From a bacterium (lineage in GTDB: Bacteria > Patescibacteriota > Saccharimonadia > UBA4664), in the NCBI GenBank assembly GCA_016699105.1, contig CP064960.1, forward strand, positions 875,696 through 939,695: DNA of 64,000 nucleotides, read 5' to 3'. Positions 31,473 to 41,904 of the stretch are shown here, in pieces. The notes below the pieces were generated by a model. It saw only the letters and a list, made by a program, of their open reading frames with translations. It was not told where the DNA came from and searched no databases. Numbering within the stretch: the stretch's first letter is position 1; each line of letters begins with the position of its first letter. Both the position numbers and the translations under genes were made by a program.

Positions 31473-32324
31473 TTAACGTCTCCTTCCTGGCCACGGCCAC
31501 GGATTATCATTTGTGAAGTCGATTTACGGCGGCGAGTCTTGAGACCCAAGGCCGGCTTGCCCCACGGAGTCTTTTGACCATAACGATAAATAGAAGTAGC
31601 TTGGGCGCCTTCACCACCACCATGAGGGTGATCGACAGGGTTCATAGCCGAACCTCGAACTGCTGGTCGCCAACCGAGTCGGCGCTTACGTCCGGCTGTG
31701 CCGTACTTGATGTTCTGATGGGCTTCGTTGCCGACAGTACCAATGGTGGCCTGACAGTTTTCATTGATTAAACGGAAGCTCGCCAGAAGGTAGTTTAACC
31801 TGGACGAAGTGCTCACGAGTAGATTCTTTGGACACCAAAGAAGCTTTAGCACCAGCTGAGCGGGCGATTTGACCGCCCTTACCTAGCACCAGTTCGATAT
31901 TGTAAATTTGAGTACCGGCGGGAATGTCTTTGAGGGCCAGGCGATTGCCGGTGCGAATTTGAGCGTCGGTACCGGAAGCGATCTTGTCGCCTACTTTCAT
32001 GCCACTGCCAGCCAAGATATAGGCTAGTTTGACACCGTCAATGCGGACAAGGGCGATATGTGCCGAGCGGTTCGGATCGTACTCAAGGGCTTCGACGACG
32101 GCAGATTTGACATCCATGAATCGGAAATCAACCAATCGGTAATGACGCTTGACGCCACCACCGCGGTGACGAACCGTGATTTTACCTTGGTTGTTGCGAC
32201 CAGAACCGGTTTTGGCAGCCACTAACAATTGCTTGGCTGGGCGCTTCTTGGATAGATGCTCAGTGTCGGCGGTGGTCATACCACGTCGGCCGGGAGTTGT
32301 TGGCTTATAAAGTTTAATTGCCAT
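31469..32324 (-). CDS. rplB: Ribosomal protein L2 (one frameshift).
   Basis: [17 protein letters not shown]... and ...[40 protein letters not shown]... Confidence 0.85.
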
Positions 32325-32602
32325 TACTTTGATCCCTCAAACAATTCAATTTTGCCTGATTTAAGCTTGACATAGGCTTTCTTGGTGTTGGTTTGGCGAC
32401 CAAGTACTTGCTTGTAACGTTTGAGTTTGCCTTTGGCAATGACGATATTCACATCTGAAACTTTGACTTTGAAAGCGGCTTCGATGGCTTTGGTGATTTC
32501 AATTTTGTTGGTACTGGTTGGTACTTCAAAGACGAAGATACCTTGCTCAGCTAAGCTGATAGCTTTTTCCGAAATCTTGGGTGTCAGAATCAAGTGACTC
32601 AT
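32324..32602 (-). CDS. rplW: Ribosomal protein L23.
   Basis: ...KISEKAISLAEQGIFVFEVP... Confidence 0.8.
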   Translation of the reverse strand: MSHLILTPKISEKAISLAEQGIFVFEVPTSTNKIEITKAIEAAFKVKVSDVNIVIAKGKLKRYKQVLGRQTNTKKAYVKLKSGKIELFEGSK

Positions 32603-33252
32603 GAGGTGGCCTCAGCTTTCTTCTCGCCCAACCATTGGTTCACTTCCGCGAGTGCATCAGTCGTAAACAATAAGTGATCGGCGTTCATGATGGTGTATAC
32701 ATTGAGGTAATTGGCTGTTACGAGCGACAGCCCGGCGATATTGCGAGTAGCACGATCGAGAATATCATTTTTAGTGGGTACGATAATTACTACTTTGCCT
32801 TCAAGGCCGAGTTTAGACAGCAACGCAACTGTGGATTTAACTTTACCTTCAGCAGGAGCAAATGCTTCAATCACTTTGATCGTGCCATCGGCAGCGCGCA
32901 AACTCAAGGCGTGGCGTAAGGCTGTACGCTTCATGCGGACTGGTAAGGCTAAGGTGAAGTTTTGATTGCCAGTGGGGCCAAAAACCACACCACCACCACG
33001 CCAGTTTGGTACCCGAATCGAACCAACCCGAGCTCGGCCGGTGCCTTTTTGCTTCCATGGTTTTTTACCGCCACCAGCAACTTGACCCCGACGGAGGGTT
33101 ACGGCTGAACCACTGCGACCATTGGCCATAAACGTGCGATAAGCTTGGCCGACGAGTTGTTCATTGGCGGTCTGACCAAACACTTGATCGTTGAGCTTGG
33201 TTTTGGCATCTTTGGTGACGCCGGTGGCCGAGAAAGTAATAACCGAATGCAT
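32599..33252 (-). CDS. rplD: Ribosomal protein L4.
   Basis: ...RGQVAGGGKKPWKQKGTGRARVGSIRVPNWRGGGVVFGP... Confidence 0.85.
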   Translation of the reverse strand: MHSVITFSATGVTKDAKTKLNDQVFGQTANEQLVGQAYRTFMANGRSGSAVTLRRGQVAGGGKKPWKQKGTGRARVGSIRVPNWRGGGVVFGPTGNQNFTLALPVRMKRTALRHALSLRAADGTIKVIEAFAPAEGKVKSTVALLSKLGLEGKVVIIVPTKNDILDRATRNIAGLSLVTANYLNVYTIMNADHLLFTTDALAEVNQWLGEKKAEATS

Positions 33253-33911
33253 TAGACGACTCCTTTGAGACTGACAAGACCGCGCTTGGGACCAGGTACA
33301 GCACCGCTAACACCGAGGATACCGAGTGCGCTATCGATGACGGCTACTTTTAGACCTTTGACCGTCACTTGCTCATGACCCATACGACCAGCCATTTTCA
33401 TGCCCTTGAAGACATGCTCTGGATAACCAGAACCGATGGAACCAGGTGCCCGGTAATTGTGTGAACCATGGGTTTTGGGTCCACGGCTGAAGTTGTGTCG
33501 CTTGATGGTTCCGGCAAAACCTTTGCCCTTGGAGATACCAGTTACTTCGATATTGTCACCGACTTCAAAAGTTGAAACATCGAGCTTTTGGCCAACTGTG
33601 AGCTCGAGGGCGGCATCAGCGGCAGCGGTGAGGTCTTTAACTCTGGGGTGATTAGGGTTTACAGCTGCAACTCTAAATTCGCGCAGGGTACGGGCGTTGC
33701 TACCAGCGGCTTTGAGATGACCAGCTTGAGGCTTGGCTTGACGTTTGGCTTCACCAAAACCTAATTGAATGGCATTGTAGCCGTCTGATTCGAGTGTTTT
33801 AACCTGGGTGACGGTACAGGGACCGGCTTGTATAAGAGTGACACGCATAACACTGCCGTCCTGAGCGAACAGCTGAGTCATTCCGAGTTTGGTACCGAGC
33901 AATGCCTTCAA
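33252..33911 (-). CDS. rplC: Ribosomal protein L3 (TTG start).
   Basis: MKALLGTKLGMTQLFAQDGSVMRVTLIQAGPCTVTQVK... Confidence 0.85.
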   Translation of the reverse strand: MKALLGTKLGMTQLFAQDGSVMRVTLIQAGPCTVTQVKTLESDGYNAIQLGFGEAKRQAKPQAGHLKAAGSNARTLREFRVAAVNPNHPRVKDLTAAADAALELTVGQKLDVSTFEVGDNIEVTGISKGKGFAGTIKRHNFSRGPKTHGSHNYRAPGSIGSGYPEHVFKGMKMAGRMGHEQVTVKGLKVAVIDSALGILGVSGAVPGPKRGLVSLKGVV

Positions 33912-34033
33912 AGGAGTTGTCCTTTTACATAATTAATATCTAGCTCACGCCGGTTTCTGAATCTGGGTCAAGAATGCTGAATTAGCCATGAATCCCATCA
34001 GACCTGGACATGCCTAGATGTAAATACCAGGAC

Positions 34034-34064
34034 ATCATAGCTTATCTGGTGCCTCGGTGTCAAC
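34034..34064 (-). promoter_or_regulatory. Promoter of the rplC-led ribosomal operon.
   Basis: Reverse complement TTGACA (34059-34064), an 18-nt spacer and TATGAT (34034-34039). A leader of about 115 nt runs to the rplC start. Confidence 0.5.
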
Positions 34065-34119
34065 ATTTTTAACTCGAGCGTCTAGCATTGGCTTGACCGA
34101 TGATTTATAGTGGTGGCCT

Positions 34120-34773
34120 ATGAAGATTTTGACTCCTACCCAATTAGGTAAAGCTGCGTTTCAAAAGTATGTTGACTGGCGTCGGGGTAACCGGCCAGCC
34201 GAAAAACGATGTTATAAAACGACAGATACAATTCTGTTAACCTTTGATGATTATGCATCAGCCGATCAGACGAACCGTCTCATCGATATCTTGGCAGCTG
34301 CCAAGGTGCGGGCGATGTTTTTCTTCCAGGGAGATTGGGCAATTGATCATTCTGATCTAATTGAGCAATTTCGTGAAGCAGGTCACATAATTGGTAATCA
34401 TACGTTTAGTCACCAAGATCTACGGACACTCACCGACGAGCAAGTGACGAGCGAAGTTAATCGCCAGCCAGTGGCTCAACCTTGGTTTCGACCACCTTAC
34501 GGGAGTTATGACCGGCGGGTGCGCTCTATTTTGGCTGGTTTAGGATATGTAATTTGTTATTGGTCGGTTGATAGTTATGACTGGGCAGAAGGTGCTACGA
34601 GTAAGTCGATATTTGACCGAGTGACATCGCGCCTTCATCCTGGCGCTGTCATCCTATTGCATGCCCACCGTGACGCCACTATTGAAATACTGCCAGAATT
34701 GATCGCCGAAATTCGTCGACAAGGTTACCAGCTGGATACGTTTAGTGATCCTGCTTGGAGCCCAAAGGCGTAA
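34120..34773 (+). CDS. Polysaccharide deacetylase (NodB-homology domain).
   Basis: LLTFDDY is the TFDD motif, and ...GNHTFSHQDL... is the H-x-x-x-H metal site. Confidence 0.8.
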   Translation: MKILTPTQLGKAAFQKYVDWRRGNRPAEKRCYKTTDTILLTFDDYASADQTNRLIDILAAAKVRAMFFFQGDWAIDHSDLIEQFREAGHIIGNHTFSHQDLRTLTDEQVTSEVNRQPVAQPWFRPPYGSYDRRVRSILAGLGYVICYWSVDSYDWAEGATSKSIFDRVTSRLHPGAVILLHAHRDATIEILPELIAEIRRQGYQLDTFSDPAWSPKA

Positions 34774-35632
34774 AAACGCCAACGAGCACGCCCCAACCGA
34801 ATACTAGATGGTGAATAATCAAAGTGAATGATCGGTTCTTGAGTAACGGGACGGCCAAAAATAACAAGTACCATGGCCACACAATAGCTATGGGTAGTCC
34901 GACAATATACAACGGATAGATCCACACATGCGGTTCTTTGAGTAGTAATTGTCGCCAGCGGCGTTTGATGTGTTTTTTGTGGATAATAGCGCGTGACCGA
35001 CCATAGCGGAAAGCGCGCCGAAACTGCTCGTCTGTCGGACCCCAATCATGCGAGACCGCGACGCGCGGGTCAGAACAAATGGCAAACCCGGCATCTTTGG
35101 CCCGCCAGAAGAAATCAACATCTTCGCCATAGGCCAAATTGGTGTCAAATCCGGTAATTTTGGCAATGACAGCGCGAGTTAAGCCAACGCTGACAGTTGT
35201 ACAATCGTCGACATAGCCTTTTTCGGCCCTACCTGGAATGTAACGAACTAGGTTTTTAGCATTGGTGTCATGGACAGGACCGCAGACAATATCTTCACCC
35301 GCCTCGAGGTTTTCGAGAATAGCGGTGAGCCAACCTTCAACCGGTTGACAACTCGAGTCTAAAAAGATGAGATATTTTCCGGTAGCAAGTTCAAGTGCTC
35401 GATTACGTTGCTCGGGAATAGTGATGTGCTTGCCGTGTTGCTTAAAGTATTCCCACACGACATCAGGATATTCCTGGCGAATATGTGCCAATGTGGATGG
35501 TGCGGAGGCATCAACAACAATTAATTGGGCACCAACTGATTGAGCCTGAGGCACTGTGAGGGCTAGAGTTTCGGCAACTCCGGGATCATCTTTGACGATA
35601 ATCATAATTGAGGCTATGGGGCGATTCGACAT
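34742..35632 (-). CDS. GT2-family glycosyltransferase.
   Basis: ...ASIMIIVKDDPGVAETLALTV...LIVVDASAP...YLIFLDSSCQP... carries the DxD-type region. It pairs with the DUF2304 gene. Confidence 0.75.
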   Translation of the reverse strand: MSNRPIASIMIIVKDDPGVAETLALTVPQAQSVGAQLIVVDASAPSTLAHIRQEYPDVVWEYFKQHGKHITIPEQRNRALELATGKYLIFLDSSCQPVEGWLTAILENLEAGEDIVCGPVHDTNAKNLVRYIPGRAEKGYVDDCTTVSVGLTRAVIAKITGFDTNLAYGEDVDFFWRAKDAGFAICSDPRVAVSHDWGPTDEQFRRAFRYGRSRAIIHKKHIKRRWRQLLLKEPHVWIYPLYIVGLPIAIVWPWYLLFLAVPLLKNRSFTLIIHHLVFGWGVLVGVFTPLGSKQDH

Positions 35633-35698
35633 AGCCTCGATATTAGCCGAACCATGCCTGAATAAGCAAGCTAATCGTTTTGGATTCACTCGTGATTG

Positions 35699-35971
35699 TT
35701 AGCCCAAGAATGGGGGTAGGTTCACAAAGAAACCGGCACCCATGAGACCGACGACGGCCGCCATGAGCATGACAGCGTATTCGACTTTGCGGTCAATGGC
35801 AAAGTGATCTTTTTGAGCGATGATAAGACCGATAACAAGTCCCAAGGGAAATACAACATAGCCATTGTATTTAATCCAGATCATACCAAGTACGAGATAG
35901 ATGAGTAGTTTTAAGAAATAGGCGTCGTCGGTTTCGCCGGGTTTGAATGTACGTTTATTTTTGGTTGCCAT
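35699..35971 (-). CDS. Small 2-3 TM membrane protein (DUF2304-like); this family usually partners with GT2 glycosyltransferases.
   Basis: Hydrophobic helices and an adjacent GT2 gene. Confidence 0.55.
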   Translation of the reverse strand: MATKNKRTFKPGETDDAYFLKLLIYLVLGMIWIKYNGYVVFPLGLVIGLIIAQKDHFAIDRKVEYAVMLMAAVVGLMGAGFFVNLPPFLG

Positions 35972-36018
35972 AATACGTAGTAGTATAAACCGCCGCGGTT
36001 GTTCAACGCAAATTACTT

Positions 36019-37271
36019 ATGCTTCTTTGGTGCTTTGGGTGGTGGTGGATTAGAAGGATTATCAGATGGTACAAACCGGCTACCTTTTAATTCTGTTGGT
36101 AGAAAACCATCGGGGTGAATATAGCCCGCTTGCCAGTTATAGCCTTCGCCATAGCCAATATCCCTCATCAGTTTGGTCGAAGCATTGCGTAAATGGAGAG
36201 GTACCTCGGCATGGGGATGGGCAGCGAGGGCGGCTTCGGCACGACCAAGGGCGTCATAAGCGCGGCGGTCTTTGGGGCTTTGGCTAAGGCGATCGTGGCA
36301 TGAGCCAAGGTGATGCGGCCTTCAGGTAAGCCAATGCGCTCGATCGTTTGGGCAGTACTGATTGCCAAAGTTAGCGCGCCGGAACTCGCGAGTCCAATAT
36401 CTTCGGAGGCAAATATGACGAGACGTCGGGCGATGAAACGAGGGTCTTCACCACCGGCGAGCATGCGCACAAGATAGTAAAGGGCTGCATCGGCGTCACC
36501 ACCGCGCATTGATTTGATGTAGGCCGAGATAAAATTGTAGTGGTATTCACCGGATTTATCGTATTTGGCGCCAATTCTACCTAAGGCTTGCCGCGCGTGC
36601 TCACGCGAAATTTGGTCAGTAGTCAAAGCAGCTGCTGATTCAAGGGCACCCAGGGCAATGCGCGCATCACCACCGGCTTGCTCAGCTAAAAACTCGGCAG
36701 CGTCTGCGGCGAGCGATTTGCCGGTCAATTGGTCAACGGCGCGTTGTAAAATGACAGCGATTTCGGTTGGCGTCAGAGCTGATAATGTGACAACTCGGGT
36801 GCGTGAAAGGAGTGGGCCGATTACCTCAAAGGAGGGGTTTTCGGTGGTGGCGCCGATGAGTACGATGGTGCCATTTTCGAGGTGAGGTAGAAAGGCGTCT
36901 TGCTGGGCTTTGTTGAAGCGATGGATTTCATCGACGAACAATAGAGTTGTTTCGCCCATTGATCTTCGACGAGAAGCTTGTTCGATGACTTTTTTGACAT
37001 CGGCAATACCGCTCGTAACAGCCGATAGTTCGGTGAAGGCCGCACCTGAGCGGGCTGCTATCAGTCGGGCAAGCGTCGTTTTGCCACTTCCTGGAGGCCC
37101 CCATAAAATGAGCGATGTCAGCGGTGCGCCATGTAAAATACCATGAACAACGGTACCAGGACCAACAGCTGGAACTTGACCAACGTATTCATCTGGTGTG
37201 GCCGGCCTGAGTCTATCGGCCAGCGGCCGGGGTGCTTGAGAATCAAACAGAGTAGCTGGATTAGAGGTCAT
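36019..37271 (-). CDS. rarA: Replication-associated recombination protein RarA/MgsA (AAA+); frameshift near 36300.
   Basis: ...ILWGPPGSGKTTLARLIA... is Walker A. ...LLFVDEIHRFNKAQQDAFLPHLENG... follows. The C-terminus ...HAEVPLHLRNASTKLMRDIGYGEGY... is in a shifted frame. Confidence 0.8.
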
Positions 37272-37839
37272 ACACCTTGATGTCGTGGGATGCCAGGTAA
37301 GCCAGCTTCAAATGTGAACCTACTATAGTGGGCCAACGCAGTCTGGTAGCGGTAAAACATTCTTTAGCTAAACTCGTGAGAGCAGCTTTATCAAGTTGGT
37401 CCACCGGACGGTTAGCTAAGAGCTTTTGGGCAACGGCTTTATCTCCGGCTAGAGCAACACCAACATCTATACTGACGAGGTCAAAATTGGATTTACTATC
37501 GAAATAGTACATTTTGGGTGCTGTCACGTGACGTAGTGGCTCAACGCCGGCGACAATTATTTCAGTATGGCCATGGTAGGACGCCATGTTCGGCACAATC
37601 TTTAATGTAAGCTTGGCATGAATGTAATGAGCGACGGTACTGGCATGTTCATGTTCGCCGAGACTATCGAGGTGCGAGTCAAAAATAAGCGGTTCAATGA
37701 CCGAGCGGTCACCGATAATACCAATGACGGTACGATTGCGCATGAGGTCAAAGCGACTTCTGGGGGTATTGCCGTCAGGTCCTTGATCAAGACCGACGAC
37801 GAGTTCTTTTCCGTTACTGAATGCGAGTCCGAGAGGCAT
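37261..37839 (-). CDS. Hypothetical protein.
   Basis: ORF only; no motif I can assign confidently. Confidence 0.45.
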   Translation of the reverse strand: MPLGLAFSNGKELVVGLDQGPDGNTPRSRFDLMRNRTVIGIIGDRSVIEPLIFDSHLDSLGEHEHASTVAHYIHAKLTLKIVPNMASYHGHTEIIVAGVEPLRHVTAPKMYYFDSKSNFDLVSIDVGVALAGDKAVAQKLLANRPVDQLDKAALTSLAKECFTATRLRWPTIVGSHLKLAYLASHDIKVYDL

Positions 37840-37862
37840 AGAGCTGTACGAGCCCTCCTTAT

Positions 37863-38528
37863 CTAGACTGTATTGTAACGCGCTTGGCGGACGGCGGCTA
37901 GAGCACCATCAAGGGCGGCTGCGAGCGGATCATCCAATAATCTGATTTCTGAGATCAGTTTGGCAGTTACAAATTCGGCATCAATTGTCTGCCCAGAATT
38001 TTTGGCATTGTAAGCGAGCACTTCGAGATGGTTGGCTTGTTCGAGCCAATAATAGGCCAAGGCTATTTGATTGAGCTCAGTTGGGTTTAAAAGACCTGTT
38101 AATTGTCCTGTACCTAGCGCGGCTGGCCAATAGGCTAAGACATAGCCAAGTCGGGCAACGAGCCCTGTGCTGCCTTTGCGGGAGTTGAGTAACGCTTGGT
38201 TTTCGAGTAACTCTTTTTCGAGTTGATCGAGCGAAGTAGGATTGATGGTGGTGGGGGCAGTTGACGTATATCCAGCTGCGACTGTGGGCTGACTATTGCG
38301 CCAAGCCACATACCAACTTATGAGCCATAATCCTAAAGTAAGTACAATAATGGCACCAAGAAGCCACCACCAGGTGGCATTTGTCCAAATACCATCGGTT
38401 GGCAGGGACTCGCCAGATAGCCAGCCGAGCCGGCCGGTCAAGTACCCTAGCACCATTAAGATGGCCAAAGAGATGGCATAGGGAATAGATGTGCGGATGT
38501 TCTGATTCACGGCGCTAATTGTAGACAA
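37863..38528 (-). CDS. Hypothetical integral membrane protein.
   Basis: Two or three predicted transmembrane helices (LAILMVLGYL, WWWLLGAIIVLTLGLWLISWYVAW). Confidence 0.5.
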   Translation of the reverse strand: MSTISAVNQNIRTSIPYAISLAILMVLGYLTGRLGWLSGESLPTDGIWTNATWWWLLGAIIVLTLGLWLISWYVAWRNSQPTVAAGYTSTAPTTINPTSLDQLEKELLENQALLNSRKGSTGLVARLGYVLAYWPAALGTGQLTGLLNPTELNQIALAYYWLEQANHLEVLAYNAKNSGQTIDAEFVTAKLISEIRLLDDPLAAALDGALAAVRQARYNTV

Positions 38529-38581
38529 CGAATGCTAATCTGTCCAGCAGTTATTGCATTTTATGTCAAATATGTCATAAA

Positions 38582-39331
38582 ATGCCTGACAGTCGTTACT
38601 CCCCTCTCTTGCAGACTTTGGAGTTGATAGACGTGTTCATTCACATATGCTGGCGTCCACTTCTCGTTGCACTCTTTGGTGTGGCATTCTTTCTTGGTGG
38701 TGTTACTCAGCCTGCTGCCGCCGTCACAACCGGTACACAGTCACATAGCCAAGGTGTATGGGGTTCCGTATACTCGCAAAACAGCGTTGTTCTGGCTGAA
38801 GAAACTATTGAGTATCATAAGCTCAACCGTACCAGTGATTTGGGCATCATCGTTCGTAGCGAATCGTCTTGGAAGGCAACAGTTAAGACTGCCTTACCGA
38901 AAATAAAGGCTGCCGGTATAACGTCACATGCAATCGTTTTACCCCCGACCGAAGCACCTACAAGGAAACGTTGTCAATCGACGAAGTATTTTGGCGGTAA
39001 TTACGGCCAACTCATTCACCGCCTGGGCACGACGTCCGGTGTTGGCGATGTGATTGTTGACGATTTTATGGCAAATGTTCGACCGTATAGTCGAAAAGGG
39101 TGTAAGGGTTTTACGACTACCCAATTTAACTCCTGGAATACTGATTTAGCCAAGCATGATAGTCGCGTAATGGCCGTGGTGTACCCGCGCGACGTCAGTA
39201 AAAAATCAACGTTACGAGCTATTGATACAAAGGATAACGCAGTTATCCTGGCCTATAACAAATTGCGCTCAACTGATGTTGGAGCGCCGGTGCGACAGCT
39301 TCATTACAGCTCAGGCAAGCGCGTGCCTTAG
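38582..39331 (+). CDS. Hypothetical secreted protein. The true start is probably internal (GTG near 38633, preceded by GGAG).
   Basis: Signal-peptide-like LLVALFGVAFFLGGVTQPAAAV. Confidence 0.5.
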   Translation: MPDSRYSPLLQTLELIDVFIHICWRPLLVALFGVAFFLGGVTQPAAAVTTGTQSHSQGVWGSVYSQNSVVLAEETIEYHKLNRTSDLGIIVRSESSWKATVKTALPKIKAAGITSHAIVLPPTEAPTRKRCQSTKYFGGNYGQLIHRLGTTSGVGDVIVDDFMANVRPYSRKGCKGFTTTQFNSWNTDLAKHDSRVMAVVYPRDVSKKSTLRAIDTKDNAVILAYNKLRSTDVGAPVRQLHYSSGKRVP

Positions 39332-39458
39332 ATAAGAGATACTCATGGGTTATTGGTGTTTGGGAATATAAACCGCCGTTGCCGAGCTTGAAGTAACTAC
39401 AGTCCACATTGTCCGTTCCCCTGCCCCGAGTACATGTTGCTCGGGGGCCAAACTATGT

Positions 39459-39889
39459 CTAGGTGGGAACTTGAGCGCCTTCGCGGGCTTTATTGGCCCA
39501 TTCATCGGCTAGTTCATTGCCGGGATCGTCGTTGTGAGCCCGCACCCAAGCTAGTTTGGCTTGTGATTCTTGATATAGCGCATATATTTCCTGGACGATT
39601 TCGAGGTTTTGATAGGTCCGCCAGCTTTCTTCCAGCCCTTTTTCTCCCAGCCGGGAGCCCATTTGGTGATGACATTAATCCAGAACTCGCTATCGGTATG
39701 AATGATGCAGGGTGAACCAGCGGCATCTTTGAGGGCGGCGATGAGTGCCATGCCTTCCATACGGATATTGGTGCTATCTGGGTCTAGACCCAGCACGTGA
39801 GGTTTCATGTCGCGAATAACGGCATAACCGCCGGGGCCGGGATTGGGTACGCAGCTGCCGTCGGTGTAGTAGATGGTGGGTTTTGTCAT
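39459..39889 (-). CDS. rnhA: Ribonuclease HI (frameshift near 39640).
   Basis: MTKPTIYYTDGSCVPNPGPGGYAVI... The shifted frame gives ...WVRAHNDDPGNELADEWANKA... Confidence 0.8.
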
Positions 39890-40009
39890 GGTTTATATGA
39901 TAGCAATTTTTAATGCCGAGATCGCTATCTGAAAACGTTATTATCTATTTTTGATAAATAGATAATTTATGTTTTAAGGGTGATGATATGGTAATTTGCC
40001 AATAAGTAA

Positions 40010-40040
40010 AAACCCCGCCGGAGCGGAGTTTTGTGATTAC
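40010..40040 (-). terminator. Putative terminator after rpsJ.
   Basis: The reverse complement has a ccgc-tccg-gcgg stem followed by ggttttta. Confidence 0.35.
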
Positions 40041-40366
40041 ATTTGATTTCGATGTCGACGCCGGCGGGAAGGTTGAGGTTCATGAGAGCGTCGATGGTTT
40101 TGGGGTGGGCTCGGTGAGGTCGATGAGCCGCTTGTGAGTGCGCATCTCGAACTGCTCACGGGCATCTTTGTAGATGTGTGGGCTGCGCAAGACAGTGAGG
40201 CTATTCTTCTCGGTTGGGAGAGGAATGGGTCCAGCTACGTGGGCGCCGGTGCGGATGGCGGTGTCAATTATCTGCTTGGCGGACTGGTCAATTACCTTGG
40301 AATCGTAAGCCTTGAGGCGAATACGAATACGTTGCTTTTCGGGGCTTTGGTCTCGGCGGTTGCCAT
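40038..40366 (-). CDS. rpsJ: Ribosomal protein S10 (indels near both ends; the end coordinate is approximate).
   Basis: ...[81 protein letters not shown]... The ATG at 40366 is in another frame (MATAETK...). Confidence 0.8.
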
Positions 40367-40430
40367 GGGTAGGTACTATCTCTCGATAAATTAATATAGT
40401 GGTGAGCCACACTCACGTGGTTTCTTGCTG

Positions 40431-40460
40431 ATTTAAGCACAACAATACTATTTCTGTCAA
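40431..40460 (-). promoter_or_regulatory. rpsJ promoter.
   Basis: Reverse complement TTGACA (40455-40460), an 18-nt spacer and TTAAAT (40431-40436). Confidence 0.45.
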
Positions 40461-40470
40461 ATTTAGTTAT

Positions 40471-40502
40471 CAAAAAAGACCCCGATTGGGGTCTTTTTGT
40501 GG
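40471..40502 (-). terminator. Rho-independent terminator downstream of tuf; bidirectional in appearance.
   Basis: aaaaaagacccc-gatt-ggggtctttttgt. Confidence 0.7.
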
Positions 40503-40528
40503 CTATAGAGCTAATTCTTGAATCGTCT

Positions 40529-41712
40529 CTACTTGATGATTTTAGTCACTACGCCAGCACCAACGGTACGACCGCCTTCGCGGATAGCGAAGCGCAGGCC
40601 TTCTTCCATGGCGATAGGAGCAATGAGTTCTACTTTCATCTTAATTTCATCGCCGGGCATCACCATCTCGACACCTTCGGGGAGGGTGACCGATCCGGTA
40701 ACGTCGGTAGTACGGACGTAGAACTGAGGCTTGTAACCCTTGAAAAATGGGGTGTGGCGGCCACCTTCATCTTTGTTTAGTACGTATACCTGGGCGTCGA
40801 ATTCAGTGTGCGGAGTCACAGTGCCGGGCTTAGCCAAGACTTGCCCGCGCTCGATGTCGGTACGCTCAATACCGCGGAGCAGGGCGCCAACGTTGTCACC
40901 GGCTTGGGCGTCGGGGAGCAATTTCTTGAACATTTCCACGCCGGTAACGACGGTTTTCCTGGTGGGACGAATTCCGACAATTTCAACTTCATCGTTGACC
41001 TTGATGACACCCTGGTCAATACGACCGGTGGCAACAGTACCACGGCCCTTGATCGAAAATACGTCTTCGATAGCCATCAAGAACGGTTTTTCAATTTCGC
41101 GCTTGGGTTCGGGGAAGAAGTCGTCCATCGCTTTGACGAGGTCCAAAATGGACTGCTCGTTTTCGGCGTCGCCTTCGAGGGCTTTGAGGGCAGAACCTTT
41201 AATGATAGGACAATTCTCGTCGAACTCGTTTTGGCGAGCAATTCGCGGATTTCCATTTCAACCAATTCGGCGAGCTCGGGGTCGGCCATATCCATCTTGT
41301 TCATGTAGACAAGAATAGAAGGCACACCGACCTGGCGGGCCAACAGAATGTGCTCGCGGGTCTGAGGCATGGGGCCATCAGCAGCCGATACAACCAACAC
41401 GGCGCCGTCAATCTGAGCAGCACCCGTGATCATGTTCTTGACGTAGTCAGCGTGACCAGGCATATCAACGTGAGCGTAGTGACGCTTCTCTGACTCATAC
41501 TCCTGGTGACTGGTAGCAATCGTGATGCCACGCTGGCGCTCTTCGGGAGCGTTGTCGATTTGGTCGTAAGCGACCGGCTTGTTAATGTCTGAAGGCATCT
41601 TTTTGGCTAATACCGATGTAATAGCAGCAGTCAATGTGGTCTTGCCATGGTCGACGTGACCCATAGTACCAACATTGAGGTGCGGTTTGTTGCGCTGGAA
41701 TGTTTCAGCCAT
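40529..41712 (-). CDS. tuf: Elongation factor Tu (frameshift(s) near 41150-41240).
   Basis: ...[15 protein letters not shown]...[18 protein letters not shown]..., with domains 2 and 3 in track ORF 40529-41146. Confidence 0.9.
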
Positions 41713-41904
41713 ACAATCTCCTTAAAAACTTATTAGTTCGTCCCACGCCCCACTCAGGCGTGGGAATGCGAGTCAACATAAAAATATTGCCCGCATTGGA
41801 CGTAGGTATTATAGGGCTTTAGGAACCTCCTTGTAAAGTACAATACACTGATCGCCATTGTGCTTAACAAGATGAATTAAAGCCAATACAGCTAATATTT
41901 GGCT

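Noticed and set aside
39360-39460. A hairpin (ccccgag-tacatgttg-ctcgggg) between the convergent secreted-protein gene and rnhA, considered as a terminator.
   Set aside because: It has no flanking T-run on either strand, so it is not a confident intrinsic terminator. It is left unannotated.
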